Assembly: GCA_963730405.1 (NCBI GenBank)
Contig: CAVSRW010000017.1
Coordinates: 20,955 to 84,954, forward strand
DNA length: 64,000 nucleotides
Reading direction: 5' to 3'
From: an uncultured Gaiellaceae bacterium
Lineage (GTDB): Bacteria; Actinomycetota; Thermoleophilia; Gaiellales; Gaiellaceae
Within the stretch, counting starts at the first letter, position 1; every line of letters begins with the position of its first letter. Shown piece by piece: positions 18,301-26,081 of the stretch. The notes under the pieces were generated by a model. It had not been told where the DNA came from and made no database searches. It saw only the letters and a program-made list of their open reading frames with translations. The translations under genes and the position numbers were made by a program.

Positions 18301-18767
18301 CCGCCTACGACCCGGCGAGCGGGATCGCGCTGTTCCCGATCCCGAGCGCGGCTCCCGCGCTCCGCGCCGGAAACCGATCGATCCAGGCCTCGGGCGCCGA
18401 CTTCCAGGAGGCGAAGAACGTCGACTCCGTCGGGGATGAGCTGATGCCGAACACGGCATTCGCTGCGGGACCGGTCCGCGTCGTCGACGGGCCGACCGCG
18501 ACGTGGCTCATGCCGGAGATCCGGGAGTGTGCCGTCGCGAAGACGCCGTTGACCGTGCTCGCCGGCTCGAGCGCCGCCGTCCGCTCGGTGCAGTTCCTCG
18601 AGGGCAAGAAGGCGATCGCGACCGTCCGACGCGGCACCGCCGGCATCTACTCGGCCACCTGGCAGCGCGGCGGCGCGGCGAAGGGCCGGCACACGCTCCG
18701 CGCGATCGTGACGGACGCGAAGGGCCGCACGGCCGAGGCACAGCGAGTCGTCCGCGTCTGCTCCTAG
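15384..18767 (+). CDS. secreted S8 (subtilisin-like) serine peptidase with PA-like insert and long C-terminal beta-rich domains
   Basis: Catalytic triad contexts VVDDGVD, HGTHVAGIAAG and GTSMAAPHVAGAAALL, plus a signal peptide VRRLVGSFALGVALVATAAASA. Start set at GTG 15384, because the track start 15348 would overlap the fabI start. Confidence 0.9.
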   Translation: MRRLVGSFALGVALVATAAASAAFQPIERRHGEIVIPRVRAGTITIPDAHRKGRITVILTLSQPPLAAYSRTLAGSTARSRLNAQSRAAKAYVAGLLQAQQRAAVALRRAIPSAKVQRNYTLLLNGFAVELPATELAKAAKLSFARKLYPSYRYTLALNRSPGLIGAGALAAGGGSNGEGMKIAVVDDGVDPANPFFDAQGYSYPAGFPKGGTKWTSPKVIVARSFVGVGADARTPLAVDPRASFHGTHVAGIAAGNAGTSAPAGPDHPATSGLSGVAPRAYIGNYRVFNVPTPVGHVGNTPEIVAAFEAAVRDGMDVINFSGGGPQTDPLNDALVEAVRNVAAAGVVPVISAGNDRDEYGVGSAGSPGTAPDAISVAALSDSHVYAPALAVTAPGAPEPLTRIPFIRTAGPMTPAAWGAADQQIVDVGSIVGTNGQPVARDLCGPPGNLDGGPSTLPARSLSGAIAVVSRGTCTFALKASKVKAAGAIGIVVVDNRPGEANGIPAQLAVPGGMISDLDGQQLRSYLAARAGRATARIGREPLELVTGRSGVVTSFSSAGLTAFGHLLKPDVGAPGGQILSSTMPNFGGPFAVFDGTSMAAPHVAGAAALLLQRHPNWSAHQVKSALVSTAAAAWADSARTLEAPVVTSGSGLVDLPAANDPKLFSDPVSLSYSDLNVNRGAVSKSQLLALSDAGDGAGTWTIEVKPQAQPAGVQIVIPGAVTIAPGGTAQLAVTASASASAAAGEAYGFLLLRRGAVTRKVAYAMLVTRPGLESAPVVPLAQIQTGDTRRGTSRAAAYRYPAAAFGPAPNYVGAPVNEDGAETLYRIRIDEPAVNVGAAVIASSAGSLVHPWFLGSPDENDVQGYAGLPVNVNNLTIDYPLDIGAAGTVFPRAKAYYVAVDSGRDPFTGRSLGGQYVLRAWIDDVQPPLLGLLTERVSAGRPTIALRVLDLGAGVDPYSLVIGYGRVLIGAAAYDPASGIALFPIPSAAPALRAGNRSIQASGADFQEAKNVDSVGDELMPNTAFAAGPVRVVDGPTATWLMPEIRECAVAKTPLTVLAGSSAAVRSVQFLEGKKAIATVRRGTAGIYSATWQRGGAAKGRHTLRAIVTDAKGRTAEAQRVVRVCS

Positions 18768-18783
18768 CACCGACCGCACGAGG

Positions 18784-19530
18784 ATCGCGGTCGTCACGGG
18801 CGCGTCGAGCGGGATCGGCGAAGCGACCGCGCGCGAGCTCGCCCGGCGAGGCTGGCGGCCGCTGCTCGTCGCCCGCCGCCGCGAGCGGCTCGAGCAGCTC
18901 GCCGTCGAGCTCGGCGGCGACCACGAGGTGTGCGACGTCGCCGACCGCGAGGACGTCGACCGCGCCGCGGCTGCGATCCTGGCCCGGCATCCGCGGGTCG
19001 ACCTGCTCGTCAACAACGCGGGCATCCCCGGCCGGGGGGACTTCTTCTCGCTGCAGGCCGAGCAGATCGAGGCGGTGCTGCGGACGAACTACCTCGGCGG
19101 TGTGTGGCTGGTGCGGGCGCTCGAGCCGGCGCTCCAACCGGGCTCACACATCGTCAACGTCGTCTCGGTCGCCGGCACGGTCGCGTTTGCGCCGGCCGGC
19201 CCGTACGCGGCCTCCAAGCACGCGCAGCTCGCGTTCTCACGGTCGCTCAACGGCCTGATGGCGGGACGCGGCGTCAGAGTGCACACCGTGCTGCCGGGCT
19301 TCGTCGAGACGGAGGGCTTCCCGCAGAAGACGGTGCTCAGGAGCGCCTTCTTCCGCCGAGCGGTGATCGGCCCGGAGCTCGTTGCCGAGCGGATCGTCGG
19401 CGCCGTCGAGTCGGGCAAGCGCGAGCTGTTCGTCCCGCGCTGGTACCGGGTCTTCTCGGTCGCGCAGGCGCTCATGCCCGGGCTCGCGGCGCGCCTCGTC
19501 GCGCGCTCGGGCTACAAGCGGACGAGCTAG
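18784..19530 (+). CDS. short-chain dehydrogenase/reductase (SDR); start codon unresolved
   Basis: IAVVTGASSGIGEATARELA (Rossmann), NNAG and YAASKHA motifs all lie in one frame. No ATG, GTG or TTG exists between the upstream in-frame stop (18709-18711) and the Rossmann motif, so the 5' end given (ATC 18784) is provisional. Confidence 0.75.
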   Translation: MAVVTGASSGIGEATARELARRGWRPLLVARRRERLEQLAVELGGDHEVCDVADREDVDRAAAAILARHPRVDLLVNNAGIPGRGDFFSLQAEQIEAVLRTNYLGGVWLVRALEPALQPGSHIVNVVSVAGTVAFAPAGPYAASKHAQLAFSRSLNGLMAGRGVRVHTVLPGFVETEGFPQKTVLRSAFFRRAVIGPELVAERIVGAVESGKRELFVPRWYRVFSVAQALMPGLAARLVARSGYKRTS

Positions 19531-19820
19531 CGGGTCTTCGCGAAGCGCTGCACGGCGGCGAGCAGCTCCTCCGTCTTCGCGCGCACCTCGGCCTCGTCGC
19601 CCGACGCGATCGCGCCGGCAACGCAGTGGTTGACGTGGTCGTCGAGCACCTTCAGGCCGACGTTCTCGAGCGCGGTCATCGCGGCGCCGATCTGCGTCAG
19701 GATGTCGATGCAGTACCGCTCCTCCTCGACCATCTTCTCGATCCCGCGCACCTGCCCCTCGATCCGCCGGAGGCGCTTTCCGATCGCATCGCGGTCGTAG
19801 CCGTGGTCGCGCTCGCTCAC
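19527..19820 (-). CDS. csoR: CsoR/RcnR-family metal-sensing transcriptional repressor
   Basis: 97 aa with [25 protein letters not shown] (the C-H-C Cu(I) ligand pattern). 4-nt overlap with copA. Confidence 0.9.
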   Translation of the reverse strand: MSERDHGYDRDAIGKRLRRIEGQVRGIEKMVEEERYCIDILTQIGAAMTALENVGLKVLDDHVNHCVAGAIASGDEAEVRAKTEELLAAVQRFAKTR

Positions 19821-22021
19821 GTCCGCACGCTCCGGAACGCCCGCAGCCGCAGTGAGTTGGAGACGACGAAGACGCTCGAGAAGGCCATCGCGGCGGCGGC
19901 GACGATCGGGTTCAGGTAGCCCGCGACTGCGAGCGGGATCGCGGCGACGTTGTAGGCGAAGGCCCAGAAGAGATTGGTCTTGATCGTCGCGAGCACGCGG
20001 CGCGAGAGCCGGATCGCGTCGACGGCCGCACGAAGGTCGCCCGAGACGAGCGTCAGGTCGGACGCCTCGATCGCCACGTCGGCGCCCGTCCCGATCGCGA
20101 TCCCGAGGTCGGCCTGCGCAAGCGCCGGCGCGTCGTTGACGCCGTCGCCGACCATGGCGACCACCTCCCCAGCCTCCTGGAGGCGCCGCACCTCGGCCGC
20201 CTTGTCGCCCGGGTAGACCTCGGCCAGCACGCGCTCGATCCCGACCTCATCGGCGACGCGGCGGGCGGTGGACTCGGCGTCGCCGGTGAGCAGGACGGGC
20301 GTCAGGCCGAGGGCGCGGAGCTCGCGGATCGCTTCGGCGCTCGTCGGCTTGACCGTGTCCTCGACGAGGAGCCGCGCCCGGAGCTCGCCGTCCCAGTGGA
20401 CGCCGGTCCGGTCGACCGTGACCTCGACGCCGTCGACGACGCCGACCACGCCCTGCCCGGGAAGGCTGCGGAAGTCGGAGACGATCGGGAGCGCACCGAT
20501 CTCCGCGCGGGCAGCGTCGGCGACGGCACGCGCGACCGGGTGCTCGCTCGCGTCCTCGACAGCGCCGGCGAAGCGCAGCACCTCGCGGCGGGACGCGCCG
20601 TTCAGCGTCTCGATGCCGACGAGCCTCATCCGGCCCTCGGTGACCGTGCCTGTCTTGTCGAGGACGATGGTCGTGGCGCTCCGCGTCTGCTCGAGCACCT
20701 CGGGACCCTTGATCAGCACGCCGAGCTGCGCGCCGCGTCCGGAGCCGACCAGGAGCGCCGTGGGCGTCGCGAGCCCGAGCGCGCAGGGACACGCGATGAT
20801 CAGAACGGCGACTGCGGCCGCGAACGCGAACGCCGGATCGGATCCGGTGCCGAGCCAGAAGCCGAGCGTCGCGACGGCGATGCCGATCACGACCGGCACG
20901 AAGACGGCCGAGACACGGTCGGCGAGCCGCTGCACCGGCGCCTTCCCCGCCTGCGCCTCGGTCACGAGCCGTCCGATCTGGGCGACGGCTGTGTCGGCGC
21001 CGACGTGTGTCGCCCGGACGACGAGCCGGCCGGAGACATTCACTGTCGCACCGATCGCATCGTCGCCGGGGCCGATCTCGACCGGGACGCTCTCGCCCGT
21101 CAGCAGCGACGTGTCGACGCTGGAGAGCCCGGACTCGACAACGCCGTCGGTCGCGAACTTCTCCCCGGGCCGGACGACGAAGAGGTCGCCGACGCGGAGC
21201 TCCTCGACGGGAACGCGCCGCTCCTCGCCGTCGGGGCCGAGCAGTGCCACGTCCTTGGCGCCGAGCTCGAGCAGCGCCTTCAGGGCGGCCCCGGCGCGTC
21301 GCTTCGCGCGTGCCTCGAAGTAGCGGCCGAGCAGGATCAGCACGACGACGACCGACGCCACCTCGAGGTAGATCTCGCCGGTGCCCGAGCCGGCGCCGAG
21401 CGCGAGCTCGAAGTCCATCCGCATCGCCGGATCGCCGGCGTTGCCGAAGAAGAGGGCGTAGAGCGACCAGGCCCATGCTGCGAGGGTGCCGATCGAGATC
21501 AGCGTGTCCATCGTCGCGGCGCCGTGGCGCGCGTTCAAGAGCGCGGCACGGTGGAACGGCCAGCCGCCCCAGAGGACGACGGGCGTCGCCAGCTGGAGCG
21601 AGAGCCACTGCCAGCCGTCGAACTGGAGCGGCGGGATCATTGCGAGCGCGAGCACGGGCAGGGTCAGCGCCGCCGAGACGAGCAGCCGGAAGCGGAGCGA
21701 TGCGGCCGGATCGGCCTCGGCCGGATCGGCGGCGTCCGCGGACGGCAGCGCCGCCTTGTACCCGGCCGACTCGACCGCGGCGACGAGCTGCTCGGGCGTC
21801 ACCGCCTCCGCGTCGAACTCCACCGACGCGCGCTCGGTCGCGTAGTTGACGGCCGCCGCGACGCCCTCGAGCTTGTTCAGCTTCTTCTCGACGCGGACCG
21901 CGCACGTCGCACAGGTCATGCCCTCGATCGGAAGCTCGAGCTTCTGGACAGTTCCCGCTCCGGCGCCGGCAAAGCCGGCACCTCCGCTCCTGGGCGGCTC
22001 CGGCGAGCCTACGCCGCTCAT
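19817..22021 (-). CDS. copA: copper-translocating P1B-type ATPase
   Basis: N-terminal HMA domain GMTCATC, CPC ([11 protein letters not shown]), DKTGT and GDGVNDAP motifs. Start set at ATG 22021 (MSGVGS..), giving an ATGA overlap with the upstream gene. Confidence 0.95.
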   Translation of the reverse strand: MSGVGSPEPPRSGGAGFAGAGAGTVQKLELPIEGMTCATCAVRVEKKLNKLEGVAAAVNYATERASVEFDAEAVTPEQLVAAVESAGYKAALPSADAADPAEADPAASLRFRLLVSAALTLPVLALAMIPPLQFDGWQWLSLQLATPVVLWGGWPFHRAALLNARHGAATMDTLISIGTLAAWAWSLYALFFGNAGDPAMRMDFELALGAGSGTGEIYLEVASVVVVLILLGRYFEARAKRRAGAALKALLELGAKDVALLGPDGEERRVPVEELRVGDLFVVRPGEKFATDGVVESGLSSVDTSLLTGESVPVEIGPGDDAIGATVNVSGRLVVRATHVGADTAVAQIGRLVTEAQAGKAPVQRLADRVSAVFVPVVIGIAVATLGFWLGTGSDPAFAFAAAVAVLIIACPCALGLATPTALLVGSGRGAQLGVLIKGPEVLEQTRSATTIVLDKTGTVTEGRMRLVGIETLNGASRREVLRFAGAVEDASEHPVARAVADAARAEIGALPIVSDFRSLPGQGVVGVVDGVEVTVDRTGVHWDGELRARLLVEDTVKPTSAEAIRELRALGLTPVLLTGDAESTARRVADEVGIERVLAEVYPGDKAAEVRRLQEAGEVVAMVGDGVNDAPALAQADLGIAIGTGADVAIEASDLTLVSGDLRAAVDAIRLSRRVLATIKTNLFWAFAYNVAAIPLAVAGYLNPIVAAAAMAFSSVFVVSNSLRLRAFRSVRT

Positions 22022-22788
22022 CGCGTCACCTCGAGCTTCTCCGTCACGACGTGGCCGCCGACCTTGATCTGGAGGTACAGCCGGTAGCGCCCCGCGCTCG
22101 GGAACGGCACCTCGAACGCGAGCTCGTCCTCGTCGGCATGCGCGTGGACGTAGGCGAGGTCCCCCTCGCGGAGGACGACGAGATGCCCGCCTGCGCCGAG
22201 GTAGGGCTGCGTCTCGACCGGGCCGGTGTCGCCGCGGACGTCGAAGGCGAGCCGGTCGCCCTCCTCGCGCATCCGCACGATGTAGATCGAGTCCCACCAC
22301 GCGACGGACGCCGGCGTCGGGCCGCCGCCGGCGGCGACGTCGCTCGCGAGAGTTCGTCGCTCGCCGCCGGTCGTGAAGTCGGCGAAGACGCGGTAGGAGC
22401 CGTTGACAGGCGGCTTCAGAGGCACCATCCAGCTGCCGTCGGGGCGCTGCTTTGGGTGCAGGTGGAGGAACGGAGCGTCGCGCTCGCGGCCGACGACGAT
22501 CAGGTGCAGCCGGCGCTCGTGCTCGACGTCGTAGTCGCGGAGCACCGAGCCGTCCGGGGCGAGGATGCGGAAGACGTAGGGCTGCGAGCGGCCGGCGACG
22601 AACGAGCCGCGCTCCTGGACGAGACGGTAGCCGTCCTGCTCCAGCGCGAGCCCGGCCGGCGCCGACATCCCGCCGTGCTCGGCCTCGGCCTCGACGGTCC
22701 GCGCCTCGACGTCGACCGCGTCGCCGAGGGCGAGCGCGGCGAGGAAGACGCCGGCGAGACCGGCCACGAAGAGCGCGACGCGGATCAC
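22018..22788 (-). CDS. membrane-anchored exported protein of unknown function inside the copper operon (His-rich HLHP / HAHAD motifs)
   Basis: Signal-anchor [22 protein letters not shown]. Two similar halves each contain LHL..HLHP / AYVHAHAD and GxYR(V/L)(F/Y) segments. Translationally coupled to copZ and copA by 4-nt overlaps. Confidence 0.7.
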   Translation of the reverse strand: MIRVALFVAGLAGVFLAALALGDAVDVEARTVEAEAEHGGMSAPAGLALEQDGYRLVQERGSFVAGRSQPYVFRILAPDGSVLRDYDVEHERRLHLIVVGRERDAPFLHLHPKQRPDGSWMVPLKPPVNGSYRVFADFTTGGERRTLASDVAAGGGPTPASVAWWDSIYIVRMREEGDRLAFDVRGDTGPVETQPYLGAGGHLVVLREGDLAYVHAHADEDELAFEVPFPSAGRYRLYLQIKVGGHVVTEKLEVTR

Positions 22789-22982
22789 GCCGCTGCGTAG
22801 CCGGCCTCGTCGATCGCCGCGCGAAGCGCCCCGTCCTCGAGGCCCTCTCCGCGCACGACGACGAGCTTGCTGTCGAGGTCGGCGTTCACCGACACGACGC
22901 CGGGCACCAGCCCGACCTCTTCCTCGACGGCGGCCTTGCAGTGGCCGCAGCTCATGCCGCTGACGGTGTAGGTCAACTCCAT
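22785..22982 (-). CDS. copZ: copper chaperone (HMA domain)
   Basis: [23 protein letters not shown] is the classical MxCxxC ferredoxin-like fold. Start set at ATG 22982, because the track start 23018 would include the operator. Confidence 0.9.
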   Translation of the reverse strand: MELTYTVSGMSCGHCKAAVEEEVGLVPGVVSVNADLDSKLVVVRGEGLEDGALRAAIDEAGYAAA

Positions 22983-22992
22983 GCGCTCATGG

Positions 22993-23007
22993 TACCCCTG
23001 GGGGGTA
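22993..23007. promoter_or_regulatory. CsoR-type operator (TACCCC-N3-GGGGTA) upstream of copZ
   Basis: TACCCCTGGGGGGTA read directly, 11 nt upstream of the copZ ATG. It is a G/C-tract pseudo-palindrome flanked by TA, as in known CsoR operators. Confidence 0.7.
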
Positions 23008-23014
23008 TCAACCG

Positions 23015-24028
23015 TCAATCACGGAACGTCGCGCCCGCTCCGGTGAGCTCCGGATCCCGGTCGCAATCTCGTATGCCGATCGTGCCCGCAACGCGGGCAT
23101 GTGCCTCGATCTGGACGCCGTGGCCGATCATGGTCACCGGGGTCCCGACCGGGAGCTCTCGGTCGAGCCTGACCGCGAACGCGTCCATCGAGATCGTCCC
23201 CACGACCGGCCGCAGCTCGCCGGCGACGCGCACCTCCGTCCCGGTCAGGTCGCGCCGGAAGCCGTCGGCGTAACCGACGGGCACGATCCCGATCCAGGTC
23301 GGCTCCTCGGCGACCCAGCGGCGCCCGTACCCGGTGGACTCGCCGGCGCCGACGAGCCGCACCTGCGCGAGCTGAGATTGCCAGCGCAGGGCGGGCTCGA
23401 GCCCGTCCTCTGCCGGGTCGGTCCCGAACGGCGAGATCCCGTAGAGGGCGATCCCGCAGCGGGCCGCGTCGAAGCGGGCGGACGGATAGCGGAGCGCGCC
23501 GGCGCTGTTGGCGATGTGGCGGGTCAGGGACGAGAGCCCGGCCGTGGCGTCCGCGAAGCGCTCGACCTGCTGCTCGGTGAAGGCGGCATCGCAGTCCGCG
23601 GAGGCGAAGTGGCTCATCACGCCCACGACCTCGCGGGACGGCGAAGGAAGCTCCGACAGGCCCCAGCGGCCCATGCCCGTGTCGAGCTTGAGGTGGGTGC
23701 GCACCCCCTCGGGCACCTCGCCGTCGGCGACGACGAGTTCGAGGCCCGCGTCGCGGGCGTCGGCGATCTCCCGGCCCGTCGCCGGCCCCATGACGACGAT
23801 CCGCACACCTCCGTGCGCATCGCGCAGCACCAGCGCCTCCGGCACCGTCGCGACACACAGCGCGGTCGCCCCGGCGCCGAGCGCAGCGTCGGCGACGTCG
23901 ACGGCCCCGTGCCCATAGCCGTCTGCCTTGACGACCGCCCACAGCTCGGCTCCCTCGAGCGCGCCGAGCAGCCTCCGCGCGTTGCGCCGGATCGCCCCCA
24001 GGTCGACCGTGATCTCGGAGCGCGCCAT
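23015..24028 (-). CDS. alr: alanine racemase (3' end apparently frame-disrupted near 23074)
   Basis: VVKADGYGHG (PLP lysine) and HLKLDTGMGRWG. The canonical C-terminus GTIG-YEIATGIRSSPERARRSVIDG is encoded in the +1 frame after an extra nucleotide at about 23074. Confidence 0.9.
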   Translation of the reverse strand: MARSEITVDLGAIRRNARRLLGALEGAELWAVVKADGYGHGAVDVADAALGAGATALCVATVPEALVLRDAHGGVRIVVMGPATGREIADARDAGLELVVADGEVPEGVRTHLKLDTGMGRWGLSELPSPSREVVGVMSHFASADCDAAFTEQQVERFADATAGLSSLTRHIANSAGALRYPSARFDAARCGIALYGISPFGTDPAEDGLEPALRWQSQLAQVRLVGAGESTGYGRRWVAEEPTWIGIVPVGYADGFRRDLTGTEVRVAGELRPVVGTISMDAFAVRLDRELPVGTPVTMIGHGVQIEAHARVAGTIGIRDCDRDPELTGAGATFRD

Positions 24029-24046
24029 TGCGCCCGATGCTACGGC

Positions 24047-24439
24047 CTACTGGATCTGGGTCTCGCAGGTGGCGTGGAACGTGTCCGTGCCGGCCCCGCC
24101 GATGCAGACGTCCGTGCCGCCGTCTCCACGCAGCGTGTCGTTGCCGACGCCGCCGAGGATGCAGTCGTCGCCGTTCATCCCGCGCAGCGGGTTGTCGGCC
24201 GCCGCCGTGCCGATCACGAGGTCGTTGCTGTTGCCGCCGTTCGCGCCCCCGGTGACGAGCACGGTCAGCGTGATCGCGTTACAGGCCGGCCTCGGCTTCT
24301 TCTGGTCGACGGTGATCCCGGTGACGTCCCGCTCGGCGTTCGACGCCGGCACGGCGTTGGTCGCGGCGAGCGCCGAGACGAGCACGAGCCCACAGGCCGC
24401 GCCGACGGAGGCGTAGCGCACGAGTCTGCGCGGTCTCAT
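24047..24439 (-). CDS. small secreted protein with RTX-like calcium-binding repeats
   Basis: Signal peptide MRPRRLVRYASVGAACGLVLVSALA, then ATNAVPASN, then LRGMNGDDCILGGVGNDTLRGDGGTDVCIGGAGTDTF (GGxGxD nonapeptide repeats). ATGA overlap with the upstream gene. Confidence 0.8.
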   Translation of the reverse strand: MRPRRLVRYASVGAACGLVLVSALAATNAVPASNAERDVTGITVDQKKPRPACNAITLTVLVTGGANGGNSNDLVIGTAAADNPLRGMNGDDCILGGVGNDTLRGDGGTDVCIGGAGTDTFHATCETQIQ

Positions 24440-26020
24440 CGCTCGGCGGCGTGCGGCCAGACCATGGCCGCGACGGGCTCGGGCGCGCGGAGCGTGTATC
24501 GGTAGGCGCTGCTTCCGTCCTCGACGACGTAGGCGCGGCCGCTGCCTTGCGAGACCCGCAGGATCAGCTTGCCGTGGTGCTCCGCCATGCGCGCCAGGGC
24601 CTCCATGTCCTCGAGCTCCGTCACCTGCGTCCATTCGCCCGAGCGCGACGAGACCGGGACGATCAGGTGCCCGTAGCGCGACTCGATCCGATCGCTCTCG
24701 TCCTCGTCCCCCCGGCGCCGCAGGCGTCACCACGAGGCCGCCGAGCAGGAGCAACGCCGCGATCCCGAGCAGCGCGACGCGACGGGCGGTCGCGACCGAG
24801 AGCGAGAGTGCGCCGAGCGAGAGCGTCGTGGGCGCGACGCGGGTGCCGCTCCCGGGCTCGCGGGGCGCGAACGGGCCGACTCCCTCGCCGGCCTCGAGAC
24901 CCGGCTGCAGTCGCAGATCGCCGAAGTCGAACGAGAGCGCAGGTGCGAACACCGCGTCGACGGCATCGGCACCGACCCGTCCCTCGACGTCGACGCGCGG
25001 CAGCAACGCCACGGTGTACGCGCTCTGGCCCGAGCCGGTGAGCCCGCGCACGTCCTCGACGATCTTCTCGATCCGGGTCAGGTCGAGCACGCCGCTGACC
25101 GTGGAGCCGCCGGACGAGAACGGCCGCTCGAGGGCGAGCGGGAGCACGCGCTCCCAGCCGCGCCCGTCGCTGAGCTTGGCGTCGAGGGCGATCCGGCCGC
25201 TCGCGTCGACGGGCAGCTCGGACTCGAGCCGGTACGTGAAGGAGACGCGAAGGCGCGGAACGAGGCGGAGGAAGACGGGCTCGCCCGTTGTCACCTCGCC
25301 GTCGGGGTACGCGGCGTTGCGGGCGACCTTGGCCTCGTACTCGAACCGGCCCTGGTGCGCGTACACCGCCTCGACGCTCTCCGTGGTGGTCAGCGGCCGA
25401 CCGTACGCCAGGACCGCGAGCCCCACGCAGGCCAGCGCCGCACACGCGAGGCCGGTCAGCAGCGGCTTCGACTCCTCGGGGATCGCCCGGGGGCGCGGCC
25501 GTGCAACCGGCCGGGGCCGCTTCTCGGCCGGCCGGCCGCCGCGCCGGACGGCGGTACCGGCGCCGATGCCGCCGCCGAGGGCGAGCAGGGTCACGAGGCC
25601 GACGAGGATGGCGCTGTGCAGCGGCTCGCGCAGCCACTCCGTCACCCTGCCGACTGCCGGAGCGGTCACCCAGAGGGTGCCGACGATCTGCTCCTCGGTC
25701 GGGCGCTCCGTGTCGAGGAAGTCGTTGTTGTCGCCCTTGAGCACGAAACGGCCGTCCTCGACGCGGAGGATCCGGTGCAGCACCTTCGTCCCGAGCTCGC
25801 GGCTGTCGTAGAGGACGACGTCGCCGGGGCGATAGACGCTCTGGGCGCGGACGATCGCGAGGTCGCCCCGATGCAGCTTCGGCTCCATCGAGCTGCCGAC
25901 GATGATCGCGTACGAGGTGCCGCCGCCCGCCTGGGTCGGGGCGAAGAACATCCACGCGGCGGCCAGCGCGACGACCGCGAGTGCGGCGCTGAGAAGTCCG
26001 GTGACGCGTCCCTTGCTCAT
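24436..26020 (-). CDS. SipW/ER-type (S26B) signal peptidase I fused to a long membrane/extracellular extension (DUF5305-like); +1 frame break at a G6 run
   Basis: The N-terminal TM helix is followed by IIVGSSMEPKLHRGDLAIV..KVLHRILRV..KGDNNDF (Ser/His-type SPase). About 350 more residues carry two further TM helices. The coding-like sequence switches frame at C-run 24708-24713 and ends at 24436 (..YVVEDGSSAYRYTLRAPEP..). Confidence 0.8.
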
Positions 26021-26037
26021 GCCGGTGAGTGGGAGGC

Positions 26038-26067
26038 GGCCGGGCGGGGACGTGCCCTCGCCCGGCC
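26038..26067 (-). other. intercistronic hairpin between the 124-aa secreted-protein gene and the signal peptidase gene
   Basis: GGCCGGGCG-12 nt-CGCCCGGCC forms a 9-bp perfect stem in the 61-bp gap. No U-tract follows. Confidence 0.4.
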
Positions 26068-26081
26068 GATCCGGTCGCGCC

